Origin: Planctomycetota bacterium
GTDB taxonomy: Bacteria > Planctomycetota > SZUA-567 > H5-PLA8
Length of the DNA: 64,000 nt
Direction: 5' to 3'
NCBI GenBank assembly: GCA_038227875.1
Contig: JBBRPR010000012.1
Span: forward strand, 1 to 64,000
Under the pieces are notes generated by a model. The model was given only the letters and a program-made list of their open reading frames with translations, was not told the origin of the DNA and did not search any database. The position numbers and the translations under genes were made by a program. Below are positions 34,475 through 44,490 of this stretch, one piece after another. Every line of letters starts with the position of its first letter. The first letter of the stretch is position 1.

Positions 34475-37400
34475 GAGAACAGGCAGTGCAACTTGGCGTG
34501 CGCGCGGGTCATAAAAGTGCCGCCGAGTTCGCCGGCCTGCGTGATGGCTTTCTTGTAAAACGTAACGAGCAGCGGATCGCCCCAGCCGAGGCGCTGGTTG
34601 GCTTTGAAGTACGTCGCGCGCATGCTGGCAATCTGGCGCATCGCACCGCGGAACGCGGCAGCGCGTTTGGGCGCGGGGGCCGCTTCGACATTCAGGATCT
34701 GCGAGAGCAGGTCGTGCATGAATTTGTAGTAGTTGCTCAAATTGGAATACGGGACGCGCGCGAGCAGTTCGCGGCCCTGCGCGTACTCGGCATTGAGGAC
34801 GGCGTCGCAGGCGAGCCACATCGAATGATTGTCGCTGCTGCTGTCCTTCGGCATTTGCGCCGCGGCGTTGCCGACGTCGCGGGCTTCTTTGACGCGATTC
34901 AGGCGGCGCAGCGAAAGTACGAGATTGAGCAGCGCCCACGGCTTGACGTCTTTGCGCTCTTTCCAGTTTTCCATCCAGAGCACGCAGTCCTGGTCTTCGT
35001 GGATTGCGGAGAGCACGTAGCCGGCAGCTCCCCACGTCGCGATTGTGCCGCCGAGAAATTCGCGGTTGGTCGCGACGTACGAACGGATCGCGGAGTTTGA
35101 TTTCTCGGACTTCAGCATCTCCAGGTAGGCAATAGCCAGCTCGCGCTTGCCTTCTTCGCCGCCTTTGAAGGCCTCCAGCCGCTTGAGTACGCGGGTGGCG
35201 CGTTTGTTGAGCAGCGAATTGGTAAGACCGCCGATCCAGAGCTCAAAGACGGACTTGTTGAGCGGCGACTGCTCCAGCAGTTCCTCGAGCGCTTGATGGG
35301 CCTCGTGAAGCACGTCGGCTTTGCTGAAAAGTTCGAGAGCCGATTTCAGGCGATCCTTGGGCACCTGGGTGTTGCGGCAGAGATCGCGGAAATGGCCGAG
35401 TGCCGACGCGGTATCCTTTTTGCGCAGGTAAAGTTTGACGCCGCGAAGCGAGGAGTATTCGTCCTTACCCATTTTCTCGAGCTGCAGTAGCGCCTCTTCT
35501 GCGTCGGGCGTTTTGATGGCGTCGTAGTGCAGGTCGAAGAGGCAGCGGCCCGCGTATTTGTACTCCGGCCAGAGCGTCAGCGCTTTTTTGAACTGCTCCA
35601 CGGCGTCGTCGGTCTTGCCGAGTTTTTTCCGCGCGTTGCCGAGGTACCCGTAGCAGGTGGCTTGCGCGGGGCGGATGCGGACCATCGCTTCGGCGGCCTT
35701 CTCGTACGCCTGGGTTTCGGCATCATCGAGTTCATCGGCGAGTTTCTGCCAGGTGGCGAAGACGTCGGGGTGCTTGCCGACGGCGGCTTTGAGCAGGTCG
35801 AGCGCTTCGACGCGCAGGTTGGCTTTGTCGAACGCGGTGAAGGCTTTGTCGAGCGGCCAGGAATCGTCGTGCTCGATCGTCGCCAGTTTTGCAAAATAGT
35901 CCTTCGCGGACGCGGTGTCCTTCTGCTTGAGGAAGAGCGGGATGTACCGCGCCAGCACGAAGCCGTCGTTGGGCAGGTGCTTGTCGACGGCGTCGAGGAC
36001 GCTCCGCGCTGCCGCGTCGTCGTGATCGTCGCTGAGCAGATCGAAGAGTTTCAGTGCGGCGTAGCGGTAGTCGGGCTGCAGTTCCACCGCGCGCCGAAAG
36101 TCGGCCTTGGCGCCATCGCGGTCGTTCTTCGCCAGCATGCGCGCGTTACCGCGGTAACCGTAGGGCACGGCATCTTGGGGGGCGTATTGAACCAGCTGCT
36201 CGGAGGCCTGCAGGCACGTTTCGAAATCTTCGAGCGATTCTGTCCAATCCGCCAGGCGTGCCCAGCCCCACGTGTAAGCCGGGTCGCGCGCCAGGGCCTT
36301 GCGCAGCAGTTCAACGGCCTTGCGCTTGTCGCCGGATTCGGCTTCGATCCACGCTTCACGTCCCAGCAACGACGTGGGAATATCCGAGCCGAAGATCGCC
36401 GGTCGGCAGGCGGCACGCGCCTCGTCGGGGCGCTTGAGGTGATGGAGCGTCGTCGCGCGGAGATCGTGGGCTTCTGCGTGGTAGGGATCGAGCTCGATGA
36501 CTTTCTCGGCGATCGCGAGCCGCTCGGCGCGCTGCGCGGGACGGTCGAGGACGCGGGCGAGCGTCATCCATGCTTTCGGATCGGCGGGGCGCTGTCCGGT
36601 CAGTTCGCGCGCGAGTTCGGCGGCGAGCTCCGGGCGCTTCAGGTCGGCGCTCCAGTCGCGCAGCGTGTTCCAGGCCCACGTGTAACCGGGGCTGAGTTTC
36701 AGTGCATGTTGCAGGCGCTTGAGCGCGGCTTCCTTTTCGCCGAGCCGCCATTCGATGTCCGCGAGGCAGCCGTGCGAGTAGTTGTCCAGCGGCGCGCGGG
36801 AAACGACTTGTTCGAGCAGTCCGCGCGCCCTGGCCAGATCCCCGCGCGTGGCGAACGCGTCGGCCAGTTCGCGCACGGGATAACCTTCCGACGGATCGAC
36901 GTCGCAGGCATTCTGGAGCGCGGCGATGCGGCCGTCGAAATCCTGGCGCGCGCGATGGACGGCGGCGAGATCGTGCCAGAGATGGCCGATGAGCGGAAAG
37001 CGCGCCGTCGCATCCGTGGCGGTCTTGAGCGCCTCGTCGAGGCGGTTCATCTGGGTGAGCTGCTGGATGACCGCCGACCACGCGTGCCAGAGATCCAGCC
37101 GCGCGTCGAGGGCGCCACGCAGCGCGGTGAGCAGCGAATCGGCGTCGAGTGCCTCCGTGGCTTCTGAACGGTAGGCGAGCAGGCCGTCGCCGAAATTCAC
37201 CTGCTGCACGATCTGGCCGTGAACGAAGGTCAGTTCGGCGCGCTTCTGGTCGATGGTTTCGCAGCAGGCGAGCAGTTCGCGGATGGCGAAGTGGCTGTCG
37301 ACGGAGAGCCGGATCGCGGCGCGGTAGGCTTCGCGGGCCGGTTCTCGCTGGTTGAGTCCCAGCAGCAGCCGCGCGCGGACGCAGTGGCCGAAGGTGTTCG

Positions 37401-40122
37401 AGGGGTCGAGCTGCAACGCGGTCTCGGCTTCGCGCAAGCCTTCCTCGAATTTGCGCTGTCGCATCAGCGCGCCGGCCAGTTCGCGATGGGTCCACGCATC
37501 GGCGGCATCGAGTTCGAGCAGATGGCGCACGACGGCTTCGGCGGCGACGGGATCATCGTCGCGCAGCCATTCGGTGCGCAATTGGTGGAGCATGAAGTTG
37601 AAAGGGAAACGCTCGCAGCACGCTTTCAAGTACGCATAGGTCGCGGCGCGGCCTTCGAGTTCGGCAATCAGCTGCGCCAGCGCGCGGTGGGCGTCGAAGG
37701 CGAGCGGTTCGAGCGCGACGATCTCTTCCCAGTGCTTGCGCGCTTCGAGGAGATTGCCCTTGTTGCGCGCCAGGACCGCGCTGGTGCGCAGCCAGTGCGA
37801 GCGGTGCGAGCGCTTTTCGGCGGCGGCGAGCAATTCGGACGCACGCGCGTGGCGGCCGTAGGCTTCGTAGGCATTGGCGGCGAAGAGCTGGAATTCCCCA
37901 TCGTCAGGGCGCAACGCGATGGCTTCTTCCAGAATACGGAAGGCGTCGTGCTGGCGGTCGAGGGCTTCGAGCGTCGAGTAGAGCGTGCGCGCCAGCGCGC
38001 TGGACAGTTTCCCGTTGCGCTGGAAGCGCTGCTCGACAAATTGCAGCGCGGCGGCCTGGGTTTTCTGGTGCTGGGCGGCGATGAAGTACGAGCGGACGTA
38101 GCGTTCGTCGGCGGAGGAGAGGCAGCTGGCGATGCGGTACGCTTCCGTCGCGCGTTCGAATTTTCGTTCGGTCCAGAGAATGTTGGCCAGAACGTTATAG
38201 TGCGCACCGTCGAAGGGACGGTAGCGGATGCATTTGTTGATGTAGTAGAGCGTCTCGGCGTCGTTGCGCGCATCACCGCAGAGCTCCTGCGCGTAGAAGA
38301 GCCAGAAGACCGGATCGAAGCGCGATTTCGCGGCGGCTTCGGCGATTGATCCGGATTGCGGGGGCGGGGTGGTGCTGGTTCCGGCGTTGGCGTCCGGGGC
38401 ACGCTTGATGTGGCAGAGCGTGCGCAGCAATTCCAGCCGCTGATCGCGGCGCGCGAGGTAGCGCAGGCAGTTGAGTTTCTGGAGCATCAAGCCAGCGTCG
38501 TCAGGGCAGAGTTTTAAGGCGGACTCGGCGCAGCTCAGCAGGGTCGTGTAGTCGGAGTCGTAACCGGCGATGGTGCGGCGCGCCAGAATCGTGAGGCGGT
38601 GGTTGGCGTCGCGAGCTTCCATGGTCTGGTACGCCTGCCACGCGCTGGCGCGGTCGTGGCTTTCCAGCGCGCGATTGAGTTCGTAGAGCTGATCGTAGAG
38701 CGCTTCGTCGTCGAAGGTGATGCCGGCGAGGAGTTCGGCCTTCTCCGGTGGAACCAGTGCCATGCAGCGGGGGCCGAAGGCGCGGTAGCGTTCCAGCGTG
38801 GTTTCGAGAATGAATTCGCGGAAGTGGCGCTCGTAGGGATCGCGGACCAGCAGCGTGCCGCGGAGTTCGTCGTAGCCGATCACGGCCTGCAGATGTCCGG
38901 AGGTCGGTTCGATGGTGGTGAGCGTGAAGGGCACGCCGCGGTCGATCAGCGCGCGGGCGTTGTCCCAGGTGAGCGTGAATTCCTTGACGATCCAGCCGCT
39001 CTTGATGGCCCAGTGGCGTTCGCTGTGCGCGGGCGTGCCGTCGTAGCAGATCTGTTCGGCGACATCGAGGTGATCGTAGGGCCGCGACCAGTAGCGGCTG
39101 AGTGTCGAGAGCGTGGCGGGCGCGCAGGTCATGTGGTGCTGGCGCACGAAGCCGACGTTGAGGATCACGCGCCGCGCCGGCGGGGCGGGTTGCGCGCCAG
39201 AGACTTTAGCGTTCAAGCGTTCCGCGAATTTGACGTGGAAGGGATTTTTCGACGCGGCTTTGCCGGCGTAATCGGCGGCCTTGGCGAAGTCGCCGCAGTA
39301 GTAGGCGGCGTCAGATTCGAGCATGTCCAGACCCAGCTGCGCGTACTCTTCCAGCAGCGGGGAGAGCTCTCGGCACTTCGCGTAGGATTCGCGGGCCTGC
39401 GGGTAGAGCTGCAATTCCGTTTGCAGCGCAGCGGTCTGACCGAGGATCGAGGGCGATTCGGAGTGCTTGGCGGCTTCCAGCAGCAGGTCGAGCGCGTCCT
39501 GATCGCGGTCCATCAACTGGAGCAGGTGGGCGGTCTGCTGGACGCCGGGGCGGAACCACGGGCGGAGTTCCAGCGCCTGCTTGGAGGCGGCGAGCGCGTC
39601 GGCGTAGCGGTCCTCAAGTTCGAAAAGGTACGAGCGTTCGCAGCAGAGCCAGGGCTGGCCAGTGGCGAGGGCTTCGGCGCGCTTCATCCATTCTTCGGCC
39701 TGATCGAAATCGCGGAGCCGGCCGATGACGTAGGCGTGGAAGGCGAACCAGTCGGCGCGGACTTCCGGGGAGGCGTCGAGGAAGTCGCCGCTTTCGCGCA
39801 TGAAGCGCCAGGCGACGAACGGGCCGCTGAATTCGGCCAGGCGGCGGGCGTAGTAGTAGCGCGCTTCGGGGTGGGTGCGGTCCTGGCGCCAGGCCATCAC
39901 ATGCATGAGGCTGCCCAGACGCGGCGAGCCGATGTTCATCGCCAGGCGTCCGCCGATCAGCCGGGCGGCGGTGTTGCGCCACGCTCGGAGCGGACTGTGC
40001 GCCACCGCGGCGGCGTGAGCCTGCGTGTACAGACCACGCTGGTAGAGGTCGGTGACCGTGGCGATCACGTCCGCGGGAACTTCCACGGGGTCGGTTTTTA
40101 GCGAGGCGAGGTTGACGTCCAT
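34471..40122 (-). CDS. Giant TPR protein with C39-like (papain-fold) cysteine peptidase domain
   Basis: RQHHMTCAPATL (Q and C), GHLQAVIGYD (H), LLVRDP (D), flanked by many TPR repeats. 1883 aa. Confidence 0.85.
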   Translation of the reverse strand: MDVNLASLKTDPVEVPADVIATVTDLYQRGLYTQAHAAAVAHSPLRAWRNTAARLIGGRLAMNIGSPRLGSLMHVMAWRQDRTHPEARYYYARRLAEFSGPFVAWRFMRESGDFLDASPEVRADWFAFHAYVIGRLRDFDQAEEWMKRAEALATGQPWLCCERSYLFELEDRYADALAASKQALELRPWFRPGVQQTAHLLQLMDRDQDALDLLLEAAKHSESPSILGQTAALQTELQLYPQARESYAKCRELSPLLEEYAQLGLDMLESDAAYYCGDFAKAADYAGKAASKNPFHVKFAERLNAKVSGAQPAPPARRVILNVGFVRQHHMTCAPATLSTLSRYWSRPYDHLDVAEQICYDGTPAHSERHWAIKSGWIVKEFTLTWDNARALIDRGVPFTLTTIEPTSGHLQAVIGYDELRGTLLVRDPYERHFREFILETTLERYRAFGPRCMALVPPEKAELLAGITFDDEALYDQLYELNRALESHDRASAWQAYQTMEARDANHRLTILARRTIAGYDSDYTTLLSCAESALKLCPDDAGLMLQKLNCLRYLARRDQRLELLRTLCHIKRAPDANAGTSTTPPPQSGSIAEAAAKSRFDPVFWLFYAQELCGDARNDAETLYYINKCIRYRPFDGAHYNVLANILWTERKFERATEAYRIASCLSSADERYVRSYFIAAQHQKTQAAALQFVEQRFQRNGKLSSALARTLYSTLEALDRQHDAFRILEEAIALRPDDGEFQLFAANAYEAYGRHARASELLAAAEKRSHRSHWLRTSAVLARNKGNLLEARKHWEEIVALEPLAFDAHRALAQLIAELEGRAATYAYLKACCERFPFNFMLHQLRTEWLRDDDPVAAEAVVRHLLELDAADAWTHRELAGALMRQRKFEEGLREAETALQLDPSNTFGHCVRARLLLGLNQREPAREAYRAAIRLSVDSHFAIRELLACCETIDQKRAELTFVHGQIVQQVNFGDGLLAYRSEATEALDADSLLTALRGALDARLDLWHAWSAVIQQLTQMNRLDEALKTATDATARFPLIGHLWHDLAAVHRARQDFDGRIAALQNACDVDPSEGYPVRELADAFATRGDLARARGLLEQVVSRAPLDNYSHGCLADIEWRLGEKEAALKRLQHALKLSPGYTWAWNTLRDWSADLKRPELAAELARELTGQRPADPKAWMTLARVLDRPAQRAERLAIAEKVIELDPYHAEAHDLRATTLHHLKRPDEARAACRPAIFGSDIPTSLLGREAWIEAESGDKRKAVELLRKALARDPAYTWGWARLADWTESLEDFETCLQASEQLVQYAPQDAVPYGYRGNARMLAKNDRDGAKADFRRAVELQPDYRYAALKLFDLLSDDHDDAAARSVLDAVDKHLPNDGFVLARYIPLFLKQKDTASAKDYFAKLATIEHDDSWPLDKAFTAFDKANLRVEALDLLKAAVGKHPDVFATWQKLADELDDAETQAYEKAAEAMVRIRPAQATCYGYLGNARKKLGKTDDAVEQFKKALTLWPEYKYAGRCLFDLHYDAIKTPDAEEALLQLEKMGKDEYSSLRGVKLYLRKKDTASALGHFRDLCRNTQVPKDRLKSALELFSKADVLHEAHQALEELLEQSPLNKSVFELWIGGLTNSLLNKRATRVLKRLEAFKGGEEGKRELAIAYLEMLKSEKSNSAIRSYVATNREFLGGTIATWGAAGYVLSAIHEDQDCVLWMENWKERKDVKPWALLNLVLSLRRLNRVKEARDVGNAAAQMPKDSSSDNHSMWLACDAVLNAEYAQGRELLARVPYSNLSNYYKFMHDLLSQILNVEAAPAPKRAAAFRGAMRQIASMRATYFKANQRLGWGDPLLVTFYKKAITQAGELGGTFMTRAHAKLHCLFS

Positions 40123-40176
40123 GCGGAATAAGACTTTGTCGGTTGGAGTTCAGGAGATGCGAGGTTTGATTCGGAT

Positions 40177-40623
40177 TTAGTTTTTCTTGGAGCCCATGTA
40201 GTGGGTGTTCATACACCAGCGGCCGTCGGCCTGTTTTTCGAGTTGGAGCTCCTTCTCTTCCAGATGGAAGCGGACCCATTTGACGCCGTTCTCGTCGCCT
40301 TCGGTGGTCTTGTTGGCGTCGAGCATCTTCTGCATGCGTTCCTTGTTGTCGTTCATCATCTTGGAGTGTTTTTCATCGGAGAGGAAGGCGACGGCCTTTT
40401 CCAGCGAGCCTTGCTTGTCGAGCAGGACCTTGCTGTCCGTGGGGGTCATGAGGTGGCTGACCCAGTAACCGTAGTCCTTGGCTTCGAGACTTTTGATCAG
40501 GGACGCGAGGGCCTTCTGGGGCGTGTCCTGGGGATATTTCTCGGCGTTGAGCGGCGTCTCGGCAGCGCTGGCATTCAGTGCCAGGGCAGCGACGGCGGAT
40601 AGAAGGACGTGCGTGAGGCGCAT
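40177..40623 (-). CDS. Exported hypothetical protein
   Basis: ATG at 40623 after GGAGAG. Signal peptide MRLTHVLLSAVAALALNASA. Confidence 0.7.
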   Translation of the reverse strand: MRLTHVLLSAVAALALNASAAETPLNAEKYPQDTPQKALASLIKSLEAKDYGYWVSHLMTPTDSKVLLDKQGSLEKAVAFLSDEKHSKMMNDNKERMQKMLDANKTTEGDENGVKWVRFHLEEKELQLEKQADGRWCMNTHYMGSKKN

Positions 40624-41044
40624 GGCACTCTCCGGATAGGTTGAATGTAGGACAGATGAGTATGGCGTTATATTCAACGTGGGTCAACCCCATGTGCAAT
40701 GTTACGGAATGTTACAAAATGTTACATGGATTTGGGCCTCCTTCCTGGTGCACGGTGCGATGCGAGAGCGGTGCCGCTCTGCGGTTGGCTGTCACTGTCC
40801 GGCTAAAAGTTATCGGTGGTCGGTTGTGGGCTTGCTGCGTGTGCATGGCGGCGTCCTTGGAGTGATCGCGTCTGCGAGTTCGGGATCGGTCCGGCTCGCG
40901 GTTCGATTTGCAGTAACCGACTACTTTTAGCCGGACGGAAATTGAGCAGGGTTGGCGCAGATACTTCTTGAAGTAGAGCATCACATATTTTCGATACTAT
41001 ATAAAGCAGTGATGGAGTGCAAAAGTCAAGTAATTTCTGTATAT

Positions 41045-41434
41045 TTAGTTAAAAAGATTTTATAATACGTGATGTGCAGCAGTGCACGGAGTGTTGTTCG
41101 TTTTCCCGCGTTTTGTGGGGGGTGTGGGTGAGTGGGGATTGAAAATGGCTCCTTGATCGGGATGGGGGCTTTGAGGCCTATCCTGGCGGCTGGGGCGCGG
41201 TTTGGGGCATGCTCTGGAGGGAGCTGATGTGTGATGGGCTCGTGCAGGGGTTCTTGTTTTTTCTCGCAAAGACGCAAAGCCGCAAAGTTCGTTAAGAACG
41301 GCGTTGTTTTTGGAGGTGGGCCGAAAATTGCATATTTCCCATTGTATCTATGCGGTCGAGAAACCCAAAAATAAAGTGTTTTCGTTAAAATTAGTAAAAA
41401 AGATTTTATAATACGTGATGTGCATTAGTGCACG
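41045..41434. repeat. 44-bp AT-rich direct repeat pair
   Basis: 41045-41088 vs 41391-41434: TTAGTwAAAAAGATTTTATAATACGTGATGTGCAnnAGTGCACG, 41/44 identical. Confidence 0.85.
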
Positions 41435-41586
41435 AGGCGCGTGGGTCGCGTGGGTGTGCGGGTGTTTGGCGCGCGGCAAGCCGCGAGGGGTCAGGGGTCA
41501 GGGATCAGTTCGATCGCAAACTGCCGCGAGCGAACCAACGGGGGGCAGGGGTCAGAGTAGACGCGCGATCTCCGAGTGGCTTGTTG

Positions 41587-42192
41587 TCAACCCCAACCCA
41601 ATTTGCCGAGTACCGCGTTTACATCTGAATTCATGCCGAGCAATTCCTGAATACGCGTTGCGGCCAGTTCGCGGTACTTTGGACGGATGGAACAATCCTT
41701 TTCCATGTAGACATCTTGACCCATGGATACAATTATGCCGATTTGGGCTAAACAGGCGGACATTGTGTTAAGGTCGGGAAACATTTTGCTTGCGTTCCAT
41801 TTTCCTTCGCCACGAAACGCGTGCAATACCTCGTCCGTGGTTCGATCAAAAATGAATGGATCGCCTCCCTCGTTGGCAACAACGAGCCAATCGTCGTTCC
41901 AGTCCCCAATGGGTTCGCCACTCAAGCCATTCCACCGATACCCGGCCTGAAACTTCCATAGGTCAGCAAGGCCAGAAAGAAAATAGGAATTACCGTGGTT
42001 CTGGATGGTGATGTTTGCCGGTCCCACTTCCCAATAGAAAAGTTCGACCGCTCTCGGTATTGGAAATGAACCCGTCCAATCTTGACGTGCCTGCGGTCTA
42101 ACCTCGCCGTGTAATGTGAGCAGTTGTTTCGACTCCTCGGCAGTGACCATTACCACCATCTCCACGCGTGCTCGTTCTTTTTTGCCGGGCAT
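41587..42192 (-). CDS. SUKH (SMI1/KNR4)-like putative immunity protein
   Basis: IPRAVELFY...DWNDDWLVVANEGGDPFIFD...VLHAFRGEGKW pattern. Lower GC. Start uncertain. Confidence 0.6.
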   Translation of the reverse strand: MPGKKERARVEMVVMVTAEESKQLLTLHGEVRPQARQDWTGSFPIPRAVELFYWEVGPANITIQNHGNSYFLSGLADLWKFQAGYRWNGLSGEPIGDWNDDWLVVANEGGDPFIFDRTTDEVLHAFRGEGKWNASKMFPDLNTMSACLAQIGIIVSMGQDVYMEKDCSIRPKYRELAATRIQELLGMNSDVNAVLGKLGWG

Positions 42193-42225
42193 GACGGAAG
42201 GGGATCATTGAGAACGCCTCCAGCA

Positions 42226-42729
42226 TCATTCGTCTTTCGGTTTGTTTGTAACATAGTAATTCCATGCGATATCGAAACCATCTTTCACGGACTTCAGCGC
42301 GTTCTCTCGCCTTTCCTTTTTCGTTTTATAAGCATCCACAATACTAATTGCGAAGTCAGCAAGTGTAAAACCCCACGCATCCGGGCTTTTAAAAATTCCG
42401 CTCCGAAGCGTTGTTTGTTGCGAATTCTCCACAACCCAAATTCGCGCAATTTCAATCGCGTGGTCACATTTCTTTGCCGTTGAAGGGATTTCCAATTCAT
42501 TCCGATGCTGCTTATTGGTCACGGATCCTTTTTGCTCAACTTCATGCGGAAGCTTTGAAACCAACCGCAGAAGCTCTACTTCGTGACCGAACTCGTCTGC
42601 GGTAAGTGATTCAGTCTTGATCTTGAGGGCGGTTTCGATCATTTCCGCGAGAGCCTCCGAAGTGAGCAGCCCTTCGGCTTTCGCCGCCGAGGCGAGTTCA
42701 TCGGGCAAATCAACTTGCACGGTAGTCAT
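42226..42729 (-). CDS. Antitoxin-like N-terminus fused to a DUF5076-like domain
   Basis: ATG at 42729 after GAGGAG. MTTVQVDLPDELASAAKAEGLL, then ELEIP...IEIARIWV...PDAWGFTLADFA. Confidence 0.55.
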   Translation of the reverse strand: MTTVQVDLPDELASAAKAEGLLTSEALAEMIETALKIKTESLTADEFGHEVELLRLVSKLPHEVEQKGSVTNKQHRNELEIPSTAKKCDHAIEIARIWVVENSQQTTLRSGIFKSPDAWGFTLADFAISIVDAYKTKKERRENALKSVKDGFDIAWNYYVTNKPKDE

Positions 42730-43169
42730 TTCTGTTCTCCTCAATTAGCAGTGCTGACGATGGCGAATGTCCGCTCCGGCATCCAAGCGGGAATAGTGTA
42801 CTGCCCAGCGAAACCACAGTATTGATCCCGGTGTCACCGGCCTTCGTGGTGTCGCTGCGCTCAACCACCGGCTAATTTCTATGAACCCTCCGGGTTCACA
42901 GCGGGTGGTTGGAGTGCAGCGAGCATTGTGCGCCAATTTGTTTTGTGCACCGCTGGGTTCATAAATCGGCGCAGAATGCCCGCGCACTCCGTCCTCCATT
43001 CACCGAGATTTAGCATTCTCATAATTGGCTTTCGAAATGTCAAACTTGCGGAGTCTGCGACGGTGCACGTCGTAGCTTCCCCAGTAGGGCGAACTGATCG
43101 CTTTGGTCCGACAGTTGCGCAAAAGTCCAAGAGAAGACTGCAATTGGTATTCTTTGAGAGGAGACGGCC

Positions 43170-43715
43170 ATGTCCATTCAACTTAAACCCGCGAAAAGCG
43201 TTGCCGCGATTCCGGCGGTGTTTGGGATCTTTACGGAGCGTTCCAAGGCCGAGTTGGCGGTCGCGTTGTTGAAAGCGAATGAATATAAGGGCACAGAAAT
43301 CTCGGTGCTCTATCCGCATGCCAACGACCGCCGAGACCTGGTCGAGGTGCCGACGACCAAGGCGCTGCAAGGCGCGGAAATTGGCGCTGGAGCCGGGGCG
43401 GTCATCGGCGTGCTGGGCTGGATTTCGGGCATCGGCTTGCTGGCGGTTCCCGGAATTGGCGCACTGGTTGCCGCCGGACCGATCGCGGCATTGTTGCTGA
43501 CGGTTGGAGCTGGGACCGGAGCGGGCGTGCTGCTGGGAACGCTCTCGGGAATGGGCATACCCGATAAGGAAGCCGAGCGCTTCCACGGACGACTGCACAA
43601 AGGCGATATCCTGCTCTCCGTGCACACCCCGGACTCCGAACGGCTGATCCAGGCCAAGGAGATCATGGTTCAGACGGGGGCGGAAGATGTATACTCGGCG
43701 CGCGGGCATGCGTAG
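43170..43715 (+). CDS. General stress / glycine-zipper membrane protein (DUF3341-like)
   Basis: AVFGIF...EISVL, GAGAGAVIGVLG...VPGIGALVAAGPIA, GMGIP...GDILLSVH. Confidence 0.8.
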   Translation: MSIQLKPAKSVAAIPAVFGIFTERSKAELAVALLKANEYKGTEISVLYPHANDRRDLVEVPTTKALQGAEIGAGAGAVIGVLGWISGIGLLAVPGIGALVAAGPIAALLLTVGAGTGAGVLLGTLSGMGIPDKEAERFHGRLHKGDILLSVHTPDSERLIQAKEIMVQTGAEDVYSARGHA

Positions 43716-43730
43716 CAGGGCGCGCTGACG

Positions 43731-43765
43731 CGCGAGGGGTCAGGGGTCAGGGGTCAGGGGTCAGA
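43731..43765. repeat. Heptamer tandem repeat (AGGGGTC)n, also at 41482-41556
   Basis: cgcg aggggtc aggggtc aggggtc aggggtc aga read directly. Confidence 0.85.
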
Positions 43766-44490
43766 ATAGATGAGCGGCTGGCGAGTTGAGGACGCGCACA
43801 GGGTTGAGCGTGTTTAAATTGTCCCTATAGGACAACGATAAGTGATTGCGACTTTTTCCAGGGCTGCGCGGAGTCGCCGCATGCGCGTCGACTCGGCTTG
43901 CCCTTCGCTGATGAAAGTGGACCCGTTGGGTCCAACGGCGGCGCGCGCTCTGGAAAATTCCTTTAATGGAGACGTGCCACCCGCCATGCCGAACTATTTA
44001 ATATAAACACGGATGTAATCGGACATGCACCAGAGGCCACATAACATGGTCTCTAACATTCCGTGTTCTCGGGACCTTTGTTGGACTGATCATCCGCGCC
44101 GACGAGGTTCGTGTTCGCTCCGCTCACCCACCCGATTTTCTTCGAAAATCGGGTGGGCCACCCCTCGCGTTTATCCATAGCGTTCGGCAATGTAGCGCGT
44201 CACGACACTAGTCTCAACGGCGAGACCGTGGCACTCTCTTGAGTGCAAGCTGCTTGGATGATGTTTATCGATGGACACCGCCGGCAACGGCAGCTGCTAC
44301 TGCAACGGCAACGGCGGGGACTCCGGGCGGGCCGCCCGGACTACAAACGGCATGGGCGCTCCGCGGCGGGGTGTCCGTGAAATCTTTGCTGGGATTCGGG
44401 CGGCGGGATGCGAATCTTGTGCGTCTTGATCGGTAAAATGGACGATTCCATAGTCGGTCGTTTCGCATTGAGCACAGGGTTCTCTCTATA

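Noticed and set aside
40712..41277. Short minus-strand ORFs (90, 83 and 69 aa) as real genes
   Set aside because: No clear RBS or domain, with atypical composition. Only the shared CNIL-stop repeat is reported.
41045..41434. Possible CRISPR array
   Set aside because: Only two repeats, 346 bp apart, and no cas genes. The heptamer tracts elsewhere have no spacers.
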